Below are positions 38,932 through 53,626 of a stretch of DNA of 64,000 nucleotides, in pieces. The notes below the pieces were generated by a model. It had not been told where the DNA came from. It was given only the letters and a program-made list of their open reading frames with translations, and made no database searches. How positions within the stretch are numbered: the first letter of the stretch is position 1; the number at the start of each line of letters is the position of its first letter. The position numbers were made by a program, and so were the translations under genes. Source of the stretch: Eledone cirrhosa. Lineage: Eukaryota. Location of the stretch: positions 334,490,001 through 334,554,000 of the forward strand of contig OZ024740.1 of the NCBI GenBank assembly GCA_964016885.1, written 5' to 3'.

Positions 38932-38935
<4 letters not shown>
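37980..38935 (+). mobile_element. Retrozyme-like tandem dimer, 466 bp period, one minimal HHR per unit
   Basis: 37980-38445 repeats at 38446-38911; flanked by (TA)n; no coding signal. Confidence 0.85.
38134..38178 (+). ncRNA. Minimal type I hammerhead (second copy 38600-38644)
   Basis: AATATTG-CTGATGA-GTTG taacaa CAAC-GAAA-CTAG-TT-CAATATT; palindromic ACTAGT stem III. Confidence 0.9.
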
Positions 38936-38982
<47 letters not shown>

Positions 38983-39315
38983 TATATGTATATATATGTA
39001 TCGTATTGTATATTGTATTACATTATATATATGTTATTATGTTACGATAATTTTACCGTCATTATACTGTTTCTATTGCATAATGTAATTTTAACTGTTC
39101 CCTTACAGGTGTGTTTTTATATATGTATATGTGGTAGCACTTTGGTGTGTGTGGGCAGATGTGCATGCGTGCAGGTGTATGCATGCGGAAACACGTATGC
39201 GTATGCATGTGTAGATGTATGTATATCGGCATATGCAGGGTATGTGTATGTATATGTGTGGATGGGCGTACGCATGTTAAGTTGTCCCTTTTCTTTCTTT
39301 TGTGTATATATATAA

Positions 39316-39409
<94 letters not shown>

Positions 39410-40183
39410 ACGTGGGTAAGTAATGTTTATCTACTTATGTGTATTCGTATGTATGTGTGGACACGTGTGAGTATATATTTACGTATATACGTGTGTGCAT
39501 ATATGTATATATATATGTGTATACACATGTGTGTATATATGTATGAATGAGTCTGTATGTGTGTATGTATATATGTGTGTATATGAGTGTGTATATATAT
39601 AGATATATATAGATATAGATATATCTATATATATAATTGTATAGAAGGCTGCGCGAGTGTGTATGTACGCGCGTATGTATGTATATATGTGTACGTTTGA
39701 TTAAGATATGCTTTTCCTAAGTGATACAAAACGCGACGTAAACAGCTGTTTGAAGGCTTGTGCCGATATATATCAACAAGTGGGTGTCACTGTGTCCGTG
39801 GAAGTGAGGGAGAGAGGGTATGTGAGTATATATACTGCGATGTGTGGGTCTGCGCGCATATAAGCGTACGAGTGTGTATGCGTAGATGGGTATCTGTCTG
39901 CATGTGTGTGTGTGTTTTTATGTGTGTATTCTAGTACGTGTGAGCAGACGTGTCAGGAGACGTGTGAGCTGAAGTGTGAGCAGACGTGTGAAGTACTGAA
40001 CCCAGCATGACTCCATTGAAATGTGTCGGACGGGAAATGGTTGATGAACCGTGTGGCAGCAGATACTGACCAGAACTTGTGATGACGTGGAGTAAAAACA
40101 GCCAATGGCATGATTAGGTTTTTTTGAGGGTGGTGTTTTAATGATAACACCCGAGTGATAAAATTTGCTCCGGACGTAACACC

Positions 40184-40274
40184 CGTGTCTGAAAGAATCC
40201 GCAGAAGTAGAATCAGCCAGATCCATACAAGGACCATGACTCGAGCTACATTCCGGCGAAACATTTGTAACACG
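40184..40274 (+). ncRNA. Type I hammerhead with long stem II and one extra core nucleotide; 3'-half copies at ~35250-35290 and ~37517-37557 (minus)
   Basis: CGTGT-CTGAAAGA-ATCCG...CGGC-GAAA-CATTTG-TA-ACACG. Confidence 0.62.
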
Positions 40275-40406
40275 AAATAAACTAAGTCCAGATGCATCAC
40301 TGATTTTTCGTTTCCTTTATAATATCTACACTCTACTGTGATGAATATCGAGTGCTAATGTTAGCATACCGCCTATGGAAGCACCATAACTACCAATATA
40401 CGCAAC

Positions 40407-40512
<106 letters not shown>

Positions 40513-40586
40513 CCATGTGCAACCATGCAGTATTCTTCTCCCCTTAATGTTCATATATATATATATATATAAATATGTGTGTGTGG

Positions 40587-40643
<57 letters not shown>

Positions 40644-40645
40644 TA

Positions 40646-40765
<120 letters not shown>

Positions 40766-40903
40766 AACCAGTAAGACTCCGACAGCTCAGCTCAAGCCGT
40801 TTCGACGGCTAATTCTGGACTTTGACGTACACTATTAAAATGCAACAATGATTGCATTTTAATAGGGTACGTCAAAGCTTATTTGTAAAACTGTTATATA
40901 TTG

Positions 40904-40968
40904 TATTTTGTCTGATGAAGGCATACCATAATTTAATTTGGTATCCCTGAAATATGTATAATGAAATA
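40904..40968 (+). ncRNA. Type I hammerhead preceded by a 58 bp hairpin (40820-40877)
   Basis: TATTTTGT-CTGATGA-AGGCATACCA...TGGTATCCCT-GAAA-TATGTA-TA-ATGAAATA. Confidence 0.78.
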
Positions 40969-41363
40969 AATATGGTTTTATAAATATAGTTTTTATTTAT
41001 TAATATCGTATATATATAATGCAATGAAATATCTATGATCGTCGGCAAATCACTGATGAGGGACTTATTTTATTACATGTTATCCATGTGCAACCTACAG
41101 TATTCTTCTCCCCATTTTTTCACATATATTTACCTAAACTACGATTCTGTTTTTTTATCTCTCTCTCTCTTACTGCTCCCTCGTTCTCTCTGTTTCTCCT
41201 ACTTTCTTTCGCCTCCTCTGTCATGTCAGTTAACTCTTCCTCACACTTCCACTCACTCACTCACTGTTTCTCCTCTTCTCACTTCACCCCGTTCGTGACG
41301 AAAACATTTTCTCTCTTTCTCACATTTGGATTCGTTCCCGAAAGGTATTTTTTCTAAGCGCTC

Positions 41364-41440
<77 letters not shown>

Positions 41441-41466
41441 ATATATATATATATATATTATATATA

Positions 41467-41547
<81 letters not shown>

Positions 41548-41819
41548 TAGAGAGAGAGAGGGAGAGAGAGAGATATATATATATAGTAATAATAATAAAT
41601 TTGAAGACTAAAATCCAAAGAGGGCTCGATAAGGATAAATATATATTAGATATATAAGAACCATAGAGCAAATATTTATTAAAATAACAGATTAAATTTT
41701 AAGCAAAGAGTCGCTGCGTTCACCCTTAATGGGATCTTCTGGAACTCTGACTTTCAGAAGAACCGGTATAGGGTGAAAGCAGCGATTCTTTGTTTAAACT
41801 TTAATCTGTTATTTTAATT

Positions 41820-41871
<52 letters not shown>

Positions 41872-41963
41872 CACATAAACATACACATATATAAACATAT
41901 ACAAACGCATCTACAGAAATGCACATATATACACATATACAAAATACATAAACACATACACAA

Positions 41964-42042
<79 letters not shown>

Positions 42043-42596
42043 GAGAAGAAAGAGGAATACTGCGTGGTTGCACATGGGTTACATATTATAAAATTAGTCC
42101 CTCGTCAGTGATTTGCCAACCAACATTGGTATTTCATCGCATTAAAAATTATATACCTCAGGTTGTGCGAGCAATAACTAAAAAAAGCTATTGGGACAAT
42201 TGAATCGCGTAAAGCGAGTGAGACAAGTAAGCAACATAGAAGGATAAAACCAAATCGAAGATAGGAAAAAAACAAGCAAAATGGTTATCCGGTCAGCATA
42301 AGCTGGGTGCATTTCATGAGCGATCAAAATACAGACCGTCCGTCGTGAGTGAGATGTCAGCAAGAAGGGACCCCACAACTAATCAAACGAGAGGAAGTGA
42401 GAAGGGGAGAAACAGAGAGTGAGTGAGTGGAAGTGCGAGGAAGAGGTCAGTCGAGAGAAAGTGTAACTGACAGACGGGGCGAAAGAAGGTGAGAGAAACA
42501 GAGAGAACGGGGGAGCAGTAAGAGAGAATGAGAGAAACAGACAAACGCAGCTGAGGTAAATATGTATAAAATACATGAGAAGAAAGAGGAATACTA

Positions 42597-42766
<170 letters not shown>

Positions 42767-42825
42767 ATATATAATATATATATACATGTATATACATACA
42801 CACACACATACATACACATATGCAT

Positions 42826-42888
<63 letters not shown>

Positions 42889-42908
42889 TACACATATATA
42901 TATACACT

Positions 42909-42942
<34 letters not shown>

Positions 42943-43114
42943 CAAACACATATACACACACATATATACACACATATACACACACATATATACACACATA
43001 TACACACACATATATATATATATATATATACACACACATATATACACACATATATATACACACATACGCACATAACATGTATACATAAATATATACATTT
43101 ATATATATAGATAT

Positions 43115-45800
43115 ATTTCTTTATTTACCATAAAGGCATAAAAAGAAGGGACAAATACAAAGGGGGAGTTTACAGGAAATCGAGTAAAAAGGGTATAAAT
43201 TGAAAATAATCGAAAACAACCTCAAAAGGGAGGAGACGTGATGGGGGTTGCACCCCCCCCCCCCGAAAAAGTGTGCAATCCTTTGCCCGGGGAGCACATG
43301 GAGAAGGTGCTCCCCTCTCCTTCACTTCTTTACCTACAGGATGGTATACAGAGAAGGCCCATTTACACGAGCCATTCTCGCCACTATCACCCACCCTTCA
43401 TAAAACTGCCTGTGGCCAAGCACCTCTCTCTCCATTCTTATCCTTCTTCCGAGGTGATATCGGAAGAAGTAGACCAGACTATGGCCTCAGACCTTTCAAT
43501 CGTGTCCACCAAACAACCTCTTTCAACATGGCTATTAAGCATAGAAAAACCGCCTTTGCTTCCTTTGTGAAGAGGGGAGGCGGCTTGATTGTCATCACGG
43601 ACACGGTGGTCAATCAAATCGGCGCCACCCGCGATAGCAGTCGTTCGGCGTAGCCCCACAGATCAGCCACGCCCGGACATTGTACCAATGCGTGCGCAAC
43701 GGTTTCTTCGTGACGCACGCATCTAGGGCAAATCTTTTTCGAGGGATCCCTGCCCGGCCGCCCGTGTCTGTAGAGCCTCTCTCGAACGGGTAGAGCCCCC
43801 CCCCCCCCCCCTCCGGTAGCACTGCCAGGCTAGTGACTTCTGGAATTTGTCCATTGTCCCGGGCCGAAAGTCCGACCGAACAGGCTGGCCAGTTCGTCCT
43901 CTTCCATGTCCAGCGACTCTCCAAGGGTGTCATCGCCCCTGCTAGCCACCAGCCCTCTATAGAATGATGAGGTGGATTCTCCACCGATGGCCGGGCCCGC
44001 TTGCCAGAGAGCCCTGAGCGCCTGGGCACACTCAGTGTGCCAGTCTCCCAGTTTTTCCGGATCTTTGCTTGACCCAGGACTGCAGTTCGGTGAGCGAGAC
44101 GAGTCTCGGAAAGGCTCGTTTCACCAACGGAGCCCACACCGGTTGACCAGTGAGGAATACATGTAGGTGCCGTAGCCTTAATGCGTGCCTACGCATCATC
44201 AACCACGGCATCCCCAGCCCTCCTTTCGAAGGTTGTTGGCAGCAGATGGATCTTCTCACCATAGGAGGGCGCTTCTTCCAAAGAAATTGGAAGAGCATGC
44301 GTTCCATGGTGGTGAGTGTTTCCTTAGAGCAAGGCACGACAGTCAGGCGGTAGTAAGTGACGGACGCTATGTAAATGTTCGCCACCTCCGCCCGACCTTT
44401 TAGGGACAGCTTACACTTGGCCCATTTCTGGGTTAGTGCAAACACCTTGTTCGTAACCTCGTCCCAGTTCTTTTCCACCTGGAGGTCCGGTCCAAACCAG
44501 ACCCCAAGCAACTTCACCTGGCCCTCCGTCCAGTGTGCGACGACACCGTCAGGAGGCATCGGTCTGCCTCTCCACGTTCGGAGCTGCAGCCCGATGGATT
44601 TTTCCCGGTTCAGTTTCGCTCCTGACAACCTTTCGTATTCCTCCAGTAAGGTACTGATCGCCTCGATCTCCGAATCGGTCGATACCATTACTGTTACGTC
44701 ATCGGCGTAGGCCGACACCGCTTTGCTCAATCCTGGTTCCAGGGGGATACCCTGCAACAACTCCAACTTCCTCAGTAAAGGCTCGAGAGTCAATACGTAC
44801 AGAAGAGAGGAGAGAAGGCACCCCTGTCGAATGGATCGTGCGATTTCGAACGGCTTCGAAAGGTAGCCGTTCACCTTGATCCTAGAACAGATCTGGTTGC
44901 TATGTAAGGCAGTGATCCAGCCTCTGAAAACAGGACCGAACCCAGCCGCCGCTAGCACCGCATCCAGGTAACCATGGTCGACCCTATCGAAGGCCTTAGA
45001 CTGATCCAAGTTGATCAGGGCCCCACCGAAGCCGGGTTTGTTGCCAACTCTCTCTATGATGTATCGCATGAGGTGGAGGTTATCGTGAATGGACCTGGAT
45101 GGGATAGCACATGTCTGCGCATCTCCCACCAGGCCACCCACGACAAGCGCCAACCTCTTTGCTAACACCTTGGCCAAAATCTTTAACTCTGTGTTTAGCA
45201 GGGTTTTGGGCCGAAAATTATTTATACTATCCCCCTTGTTCTCGTCCTTCCTCACCAGCGAGACTACGCCCTTGGCTACAGAACAAGGAATTCTCCCGTT
45301 CTGCTGCCAATTGCAGTAGACCGCTTCGAGGAGTTCGGAGAAGAAGACCGGCATTGCTAAATAAAGTTCGTAAGGTATATCATCGAGACCTGGAGATTTG
45401 CGTCTGCTGCATTGGCTCAGCGCCTCCCCGATCTCATCAGCCGAGATTGGTCCCTCGCAGGACTCTGCCTCTTCGCTCGAGAGACGCGGCAGGCCGTCGA
45501 GGTATGGACCGAAATCCACGTCCCCGCCCGGAACCTCGCCTCCCCCGAATAATCGGGCAAAGTGCCTTTGAAAGACCTCGCACATCTGCTTAGGCTTCCG
45601 GATCACCCGTCCATTCTCGTCTTACAAAGACCGGATGGTGGATCGATTTCCACTCTTAGCTTCTGTCACGCGGGCCCAGCCAACGGCTTTGGCCCCCTCA
45701 TTACCTAGAGCACGTATTCTACTTCGAATGACGCAGCCTTCGTGCTTTGCATCGAAAAACTGGTTCAAGGCCGTCCTCGATGCCAGCACTCTGGCCACAT
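43115..45800 (-). mobile_element. 5'-truncated Tx1/L1-clade LINE (RT + CCHC), 3' end in (TA)n
   Basis: RT ORF 44032-45606; downstream CPRC..EETVAHALVQCP zinc knuckle (~43680-43730); AATAAA just before the (TA)n. Confidence 0.85.
44032..45606 (-). pseudogene. L1/Tx1-type reverse transcriptase domain (partial ORF2)
   Basis: KSPGLD, NFRPKTLLNTELKILAK, LDQSKAFDRVDH, RQGCLLS, AYADDV, GGLG; lacks the APE N-terminus; frameshifted C-terminus. Confidence 0.88.
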
Positions 45801-45846
45801 CTGAGATAGATTCTGAGTTCTTTTACCCATATAAGATGGATAAAAG

Positions 45847-46536
45847 CTAAAATTTGTCGAACGAATCGGTGACAAAGCACATTTTTTTTGCCGCCGATTC
45901 GTTCTTCATAATAATCGCTAGCCTTCCATACAGTCTGTCTCTTCTTATGAAAGTGGTTTCATTAAGTACTTCTGTAAGTACTGCTTTGATTTCTATTTGT
46001 GTTGGCTGTTGAGGTTTTTTAGAAATGTTGTTGATGGTGCCGAAAACGACCGTCCGACTTTCAATGACTTTGGTGAGTTCTTGAGGCATTTTTACCGATA
46101 AAATACCATTTTCCCCTTCAGTTATGTATTGTTTGGCGTCTGTAATTCTTTGTGCCACATCTGAAATATTTTCAGGTATATATGTCAAAGATTTCTTTGT
46201 TGTTTGTGCAAATGAAATATTATTGGTGTTGACTTTGTCGTCTGCTTTGCTTTCTGTTATGATGTTGTTTTCAAATGTTATTTTTGTGTTTTTTGTGTCT
46301 TTGTTTGTGGTATTAATATTGTCATGCAATTTAAAAAATTTTTTTTTTCCGTTGTTGGATTCATTGTCCAGATTTGTGTTTTCGTCATTTTTCTCCGCAG
46401 ATTCGTCTGTTTTTATTTTATTTTTTCTTTCCTTCTCTATGACGTTAGTTGGGAAGGAAGGGGGGACTAAAGCGTACGAGCTTACAACTCTTACCGCTGT
46501 CCCCCCACCACTATTTTCGTTAGTTTCGTTTAACAT
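45847..46536 (-). pseudogene. Possible truncated ORF1 of a LINE (low-complexity N-terminus, then a globular segment)
   Basis: 229 aa ORF directly upstream of and co-oriented with the RT fragment; identity inferred from position only. Confidence 0.4.
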
Positions 46537-46933
46537 TTCTGTCAGACGATTGAAATTTGTTATGCCACAAAATTTTTAAAAACAGGTTTTTCACCCCTGG
46601 GTGGGGGCAAAGATGAGCTGACCCACCGCCTGACAGTTCAGACGGGGGGTCAAGCAACACAATAGTATCAAAATTAAAATTCAACTTACAAAATTTCCGC
46701 AATAAATTTGAACAAAACTTCTGCGCCTATTACATCTACGCTGTAGAACAGACGACAGCTAGATTATATAAATATATAGAGAGAGAGATAGATAGATAAA
46801 TATACACGGGTGTGTATGATTGTGTATAGAAGGTTATATTAATAAGAGGAATTCCAACTTTGTCTGATTTACTCGTTTTATTTACGATCCTTTAGAAGTT
46901 TAAAATTGCAAACTTGACTGTCACCACACATTA

Positions 46934-46972
46934 TGAACCTGAAGATTGCGAAAGCATGAAAGTACTTGTTCA
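46934..46972 (+). ncRNA. Minimal type I hammerhead inside a short fold-back (arms ~46837-46893 / ~47031-47089)
   Basis: TGAAC-CTGAAGA-TTGC gaaa GCAT-GAAA-GTAC-TT-GTTCA; palindromic AAGTACTT. Confidence 0.85.
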
Positions 46973-47113
46973 ATTAAAACTTAACATTTAATATTCTATC
47001 ATACTATTTCATTATAATACCATTATACATTTTAAAGGATTGTAAATAAATCGTGTAAATCAGACAAAGTTGGAATTCCTCTTATTAATACATATATATA
47101 TATATATATGTAC

Positions 47114-47298
<185 letters not shown>

Positions 47299-47489
47299 CA
47301 CATACATATACATACATATACATACACACATATACATATATATGCACATATATATATCTATATCTATATATATACATACATATATACATATATATATACA
47401 TATACATACATAGACATGCGCATATATATACAAGCACATACACATATATATATACATATACATACACACACATACACATATATATACAT

Positions 47490-47530
<41 letters not shown>

Positions 47531-47595
47531 TATATACATATATATATACGCATACACACATATATATATATATAAACACACACACACACACGCAC

Positions 47596-47673
<78 letters not shown>

Positions 47674-47867
47674 TTATTAAAATAACAGATTAAAGTTTAA
47701 ACAAAGAATCGCTTTTTCCTCCCTTAACGGGATCTTCTGTAACTAACAAATTCAATCTTTGAACGTAGAATTGAATATTTCAAAAACGTTGCAACCGGAG
47801 GAAGACAGGAACACGATACTTTGGTTCGTGGAAACGTTCTCTGGCAAAGAACCCATACATATATATA

Positions 47868-48922
47868 TAGTATAAAAGAGAAAACACAGGTAAGCATTAA
47901 GAGAAGGATTTTATCCAGGTATTTACGACCGTTTCATTGGTAAGTGCAACCTTATATTGCTATACTGCAAATAGCAGCCACTCAATTATAATTGCTGTTC
48001 ACAGTCAAAATTTTCAAATTAGTAAGTTACTCTTGAACGCGCCCCCATATCGGAGTGGTATGAGAAGCTGTCGATTATGCGACCTTGAGCTGTTCCACAT
48101 CTTAAGTTCGAAGAATAAGTTATTCAACAATAAAATCGAGAGATCAATTTATTGTAACCATAGACTCAAAGAGAAGTTTTCGCACTACATGTCGAACCCT
48201 TAATCTACCAACTGACAAACTATATATACTTAGACTTTAAAACCTCTTGTTGTATCTAAACCCTTTAATTACCCACAAAACCAATATATATCCCCCTCTT
48301 CTCCCTCATTCCTCTTCTATTTCTTCGTTTTCTTCCTTCCTTCCCTCCCTTCTTGGCTATCTTTTCTTTTCTTCTTTCTCACCCCCTTCTTTGCTTTTAT
48401 TTTTGTCATTATTATCTTTATCTTTATTTTATATATATATATATATATATTTATCTCTTTATATCTCCCAGCCTCTCTCTCTCCCTCTCTATCCATCCCT
48501 CCCACTATGATCAATTTAATTCTCTTTAACTCACTTCATTCTATGACATGAAGTCTGCTATCAAAACTGACCAAGGAATCCTTCAACCTCTACCTCTCCC
48601 TCCATCTCAGTTTGTCACTCTACTTCCCACCTCTTCCCCCTTCCTCTCTCTCTATACTATTCCGTCTGTCCCCTCAACTTCTGATTCCTTTCTCTCTATA
48701 CTAGTAAATACAATTCCAAATAAATGTTTTTCTCAATATATTAAGAATTATTTCAAGAGTAACTTACTATTTTCAAAATTTTGACTGTGAACAACAATTA
48801 TAAATGAGTGGCTGCTATTTGCAGTATAGTAACATAAGGTTGCACTTACCAATGAAACGGTCGGAAATACCTGGATAAAATCCTTCTCTTAATGCTTACC
48901 TGTGTTTTCTCTTTTATACTTT
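47868..48922 (+). mobile_element. Severely 5'-truncated PLE: GIY-YIG C-terminus (~48020-48203) with 5' inverted copy of the 3' end
   Basis: PPYRSGMRSCRLCDLE...KLFNNK...YCNH matches the A/B endonuclease end; 47868-48020 is the reverse complement of ~48772-48922. Confidence 0.72.
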
Positions 48923-49049
48923 ATACTCCAACATTGAACGGAATTCTTACAAACTTGTGGAGTTATCCCTAACCGTACGTTGAAACCATCCATGAAAGTG
49001 GCTTTCTTAACCAAAATCTGGATCACAATAAGCAATTTTTTGCTTCTCC

Positions 49050-49120
<71 letters not shown>

Positions 49121-49123
49121 CAT

Positions 49124-49172
<49 letters not shown>

Positions 49173-50058
49173 CACACAGATATATCCACAGTATGTTGTT
49201 GTGTCCATACACAGAGATACATGAATACATATATATATATATATTTGGATTTTACCAACTTTTCAACCATCCTCTTACGTAATCACCTATATAACTCAAC
49301 CACACACACGCCCCAAACAATTTTTTTCTCCACACGCCACCTACACCCACAACACGCTTAAACCCCACACACACGTGCTTTCCACCACATATTTACACCC
49401 TCGGCCTCCTGATTCCTCCCCCCTCTATCCACACACGCACAGACACTCCGACCCCCCCACACACACACACACACCTCTTCCTGAACAACCCCGTTCTTCC
49501 CCCAACCCTTACTTTCACATACACACACACACACACACACACACGTACACCTACACACACCCACCACCTTCAGCCCTCCCCGCTCGGACACCCCGTCTCC
49601 CTCTCCCCACTCCACCCGCCACCACCCCTACACACCCCACACCCTTCCACCACCTGTTTTAACCCCCTTTAATTTCAGTTTATTTTGATCATGCTTTTTT
49701 ATTTCAATTTATTTCATTCCTTGTATTTTGATCATGTTTATTTTTATTTTTATTTTTATTTTTTTCTTTCGCACCGTTTCCTTTCGCTATATGTCTCTCC
49801 ACCACTCCCCTACACACCCTTTGAACTCTGTTCCCACACACTTCTCACCTGAGGAAGGGCTTATGCCCGAAACGTCGTCCCCCACCAGAGCGTGAAATTA
49901 ATAAACATTCGTTGTACTGCCCCTCTGTTTTGTCCCTGTTCAAATTTTTCCATTATATATATAAATATATATATACATATAAATATATATATATATATAT
50001 ACATACATATACATACATACATACATACATATATATACATATATACACATATACAAAT

Positions 50059-50116
<58 letters not shown>

Positions 50117-50186
50117 ACACACATACACATATATATATACACATACATACACATCGAAATATACGTACACATACACATATATACAT

Positions 50187-50249
<63 letters not shown>

Positions 50250-50509
50250 AACAAATAAGACCCCGACGGCTGAGCTCAAGCCGTTTCGACGGCTAATTCT
50301 GGACTCGGTCCAGAATAAGCCGTCGAAACGGCTTGAGCTCAGCCTTCGGGGTCTTATTTGTTCCTATTACCCACTCTACTACCCTAAGTATTGAGTACTT
50401 TGGTGCGTTATGGTACACTTGGTTCCTTACCACATTTCCTTCGTTATATATATATATATAAACATAAATACACACATATATATACACATATACATACACA
50501 CACACATAT

Positions 50510-50548
<39 letters not shown>

Positions 50549-50846
50549 TAAACAGACTAAATAATGATGCGTAGGCATACAATGCAACGAGAGCGCACAT
50601 AATAGCACCACTGACCACGTGCAGATGTGCAACGAAAGAACTTTGTTAGACTATATATATGTGTTTGTGTCTATATTGTATCTGTATTTTTGACCGTTGT
50701 TCAGTCAATGGCAACATTGAGGACCGAATAAATTAAATTAACCGATATAAAGGACACAGAAGCGAAAAGCAACCAAGCAGTGATTGTGTTCTGTTATTAA
50801 TTCGGGCAATATTATTACACAAATATCACCCTCCCCAAGTATAACA

Positions 50847-50953
<107 letters not shown>

Positions 50954-51025
50954 AACACACATATACATACATACATATACATATAATCATATACATACAC
51001 ACATATATATATACACATATATACA

Positions 51026-51109
<84 letters not shown>

Positions 51110-51114
<5 letters not shown>

Positions 51115-53483
51115 AGATCAAAAGATGGTTAAAAGAGTTCCAAGTATTTTATTATGCGCATTTCAAAAACAAATATCATCATGGGATGCTATCTGCGTTT
51201 TCATCAGATAAAATAGGGATACATGATATGGAGCTTAAAAAACACTTGTGAATATTGAAGTTTTAAATCAACATATGAAAAATAATTTAAGATTGATGTA
51301 TGAGATTGGGAAAAAGTGAGGGGTGTGGAAAAGGTAAGCAAGAGGAAGAGAGGAGAGTAAAGAATGGTGGGGCAGGAGTATATGAAGCAAGGATGAGAGA
51401 GGAGGAATGATGGGTGATAGAGAGAGAGAGATAGCCTTTACAACTGAGAAAAAATATATATTGTCTCACAGAGAGAAGTTAAAAAGCCGTTGGAAGATAA
51501 TAGATAATTTAAAAGTATTTGAAATTAAAAGTTAATGAGGTTTATGCATGATGAGAAAAAGGGAATTAAGAATAATATTAAATTAAGGTTTGTATATTGA
51601 AGGGTTTAATAATATGTGCGAGGAAAAGAAATTGTTAATATGTATTATTAAAATAAAAATATTAATGTTATTAAGGATATAATGTGAAAAGAAGTAGGAG
51701 AATGAATGAGTTATGAATTTAGAAGAATTAGTTAGGGTTTAAGTTTGTTTTTATGTAATGTAATATGTGTGCGTAATATGTGTACGTAAATAGCTTGTTT
51801 AAAAATGAGCGCAGAAGGTAAAGAAGAAAAGAATGTTTAAGGAAGAAAATATCTAACATCAAAAAATATATATGTTTACGAAATATTTTCTAATGTTAAT
51901 AATATAATATATTAAAAGAAATATAGGTAGGGTTTAAGGTTGTTTTTATGTATTGTAATATGTAAAAGTCAAACGAGCATGAGGAATTTAAGGAAGAAAA
52001 ATCTAACGTAAAAAAAAATGTTTATGTTTACGAAGGACTATTAAAGGTAATACTATAATGTATTAAAAAAATAATAATAATTTTTATGGCCAATGATATG
52101 AGGAAAGATGGAAGAATGGATAATGTTGTGGTGAGTAATAATAAGAATTGAGAAGTAGTTAGAAAGAAAAAGTACAGATTAGAGGCTAGAGGTTAAAAAG
52201 AAAAGAGGTAGAAAGGAAAGTGATAAAGAGGAATGATATAGAATGAGTAATTTGTATTATATAATATATAATAAATAATATTGAAATAAGACAGAAAGAT
52301 GGGTATATTTTTAAAAGATATATAAGCCTTTGAGAAAAAGGATTTTAAACTAGTAAGGTATTAGATATTAGCTGTATACTTTATGTGGAATTCATGCAAG
52401 CAGAGAGAAATCCGTGCGTCTATTTATTATAGAATTGAAATTAGATATAATGGTAAATTTCTCAGCTAGGCAAAGATTACATGTTCTGGAGTAGGGAGAG
52501 GCAGAACAAACTTTTCTCCAAGAGATGTTATAGTTAATAGTTTTGTCTTTCAAGGACCATATGAGTTCTGAGAGTGCCGTGTTAGTTCTTTTAAGTTGGT
52601 ATTTAAAAGACGACTTGTGATTATAAAATCTAGCATTGAAGGAGGTGGAAGTGGAACCGAAAGAGGTAAAGGAATTGGTATCAGTTATAACCTTACATTC
52701 ATAGACTGAGTTTTTATCAAGACAATGGCTATTGAGAGGACATTTAGTTCTAACAGGGCAATTACAATTCCGATTAGAGAAATTAACAGAGTTATTAACA
52801 AGTGATCTTGTGTTATTTATAGGAGGAATTGGATTGGAGAAGTTATTTACAATAGGAATAATAGTTTCCTGATTTAGATTGGTATTATGAACATTCAACG
52901 TTTAACGTCGTATTTGAGTTTACAGAATCTATCCTAGAGTTAACAATGACGTCGAGAGTACTACTACTATTATTATGACGCTCAGTGTTGGAAGGATGTG
53001 ATTTAATATTTAATATTGTATTGTTGTATTTAGAGATAATGTTAGAGATGTTGGAGGAGGTGGAATAGGAACATTTTATTGTATGTTTATTAAAGATTTT
53101 ACTATAGATATGTGAGGGAGGGAAACATTTATCTAAGGCCCTAAAGAATAATTTAGGATATTATTATTAATAGAAATAGAATAAGGATCATTATACCAGA
53201 TTATATTTTTGTATCTAGGTCTTTACCATTCTTTACTCTCATCTCCTCCTCTTCCTTACCTTTTCCAACCCCCCTCACTTTTTCCCAATCTCATACATCA
53301 ATCTTAAATTATTTTTCATATGTGGATTTAAATCTTCACTATTCACAAGTGTTTTTTAAGCTTCATATCATGTATACCTATTTTATCTGATGAAAACGCA
53401 GATATCATCCCATGATGATATTTGTTTTTGAAATGCGCATAATAAAATACTTCGAACTCTTTTAACCATCTTTTGATCTTATA
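51110..53483 (-). mobile_element. 5'-truncated PLE D: linker + GIY-YIG (~52360-53220), 3' UTR, HHR, and 5' inverted pseudo-LTR (53222-53483)
   Basis: IIWYNDPYS...IFNKHTIKCSYS; CNCPVRTKCPL...VYEC...FYNHKSSF...CNLCLAEK; inverted arms 51110-51370 / 53222-53483. Confidence 0.85.
53379..53449 (+). ncRNA. Type I hammerhead (mirror copy 51145-51215, minus)
   Basis: TATTTTAT-CTGATGA-AAACGCAGATATCATC ccat GATGATATTTGTTTTT-GAAA-TGCGCA-TA-ATAAAATA. Confidence 0.88.
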
Positions 53484-53570
53484 TTATTTATACTCCAGTC
53501 CTACAAACTGTAGAGTGCTACATATCCGATATTTGCATTGCTTTATTGTGCTACAATAAAACTCACCTCC

Positions 53571-53619
<49 letters not shown>

Positions 53620-53626
<7 letters not shown>

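Noticed and set aside
48775-48870. Possible HHR in the 47868-48922 element (CTGTGA...GAAACGGTC)
   Set aside because: Core lacks a nucleotide and stem I is ambiguous
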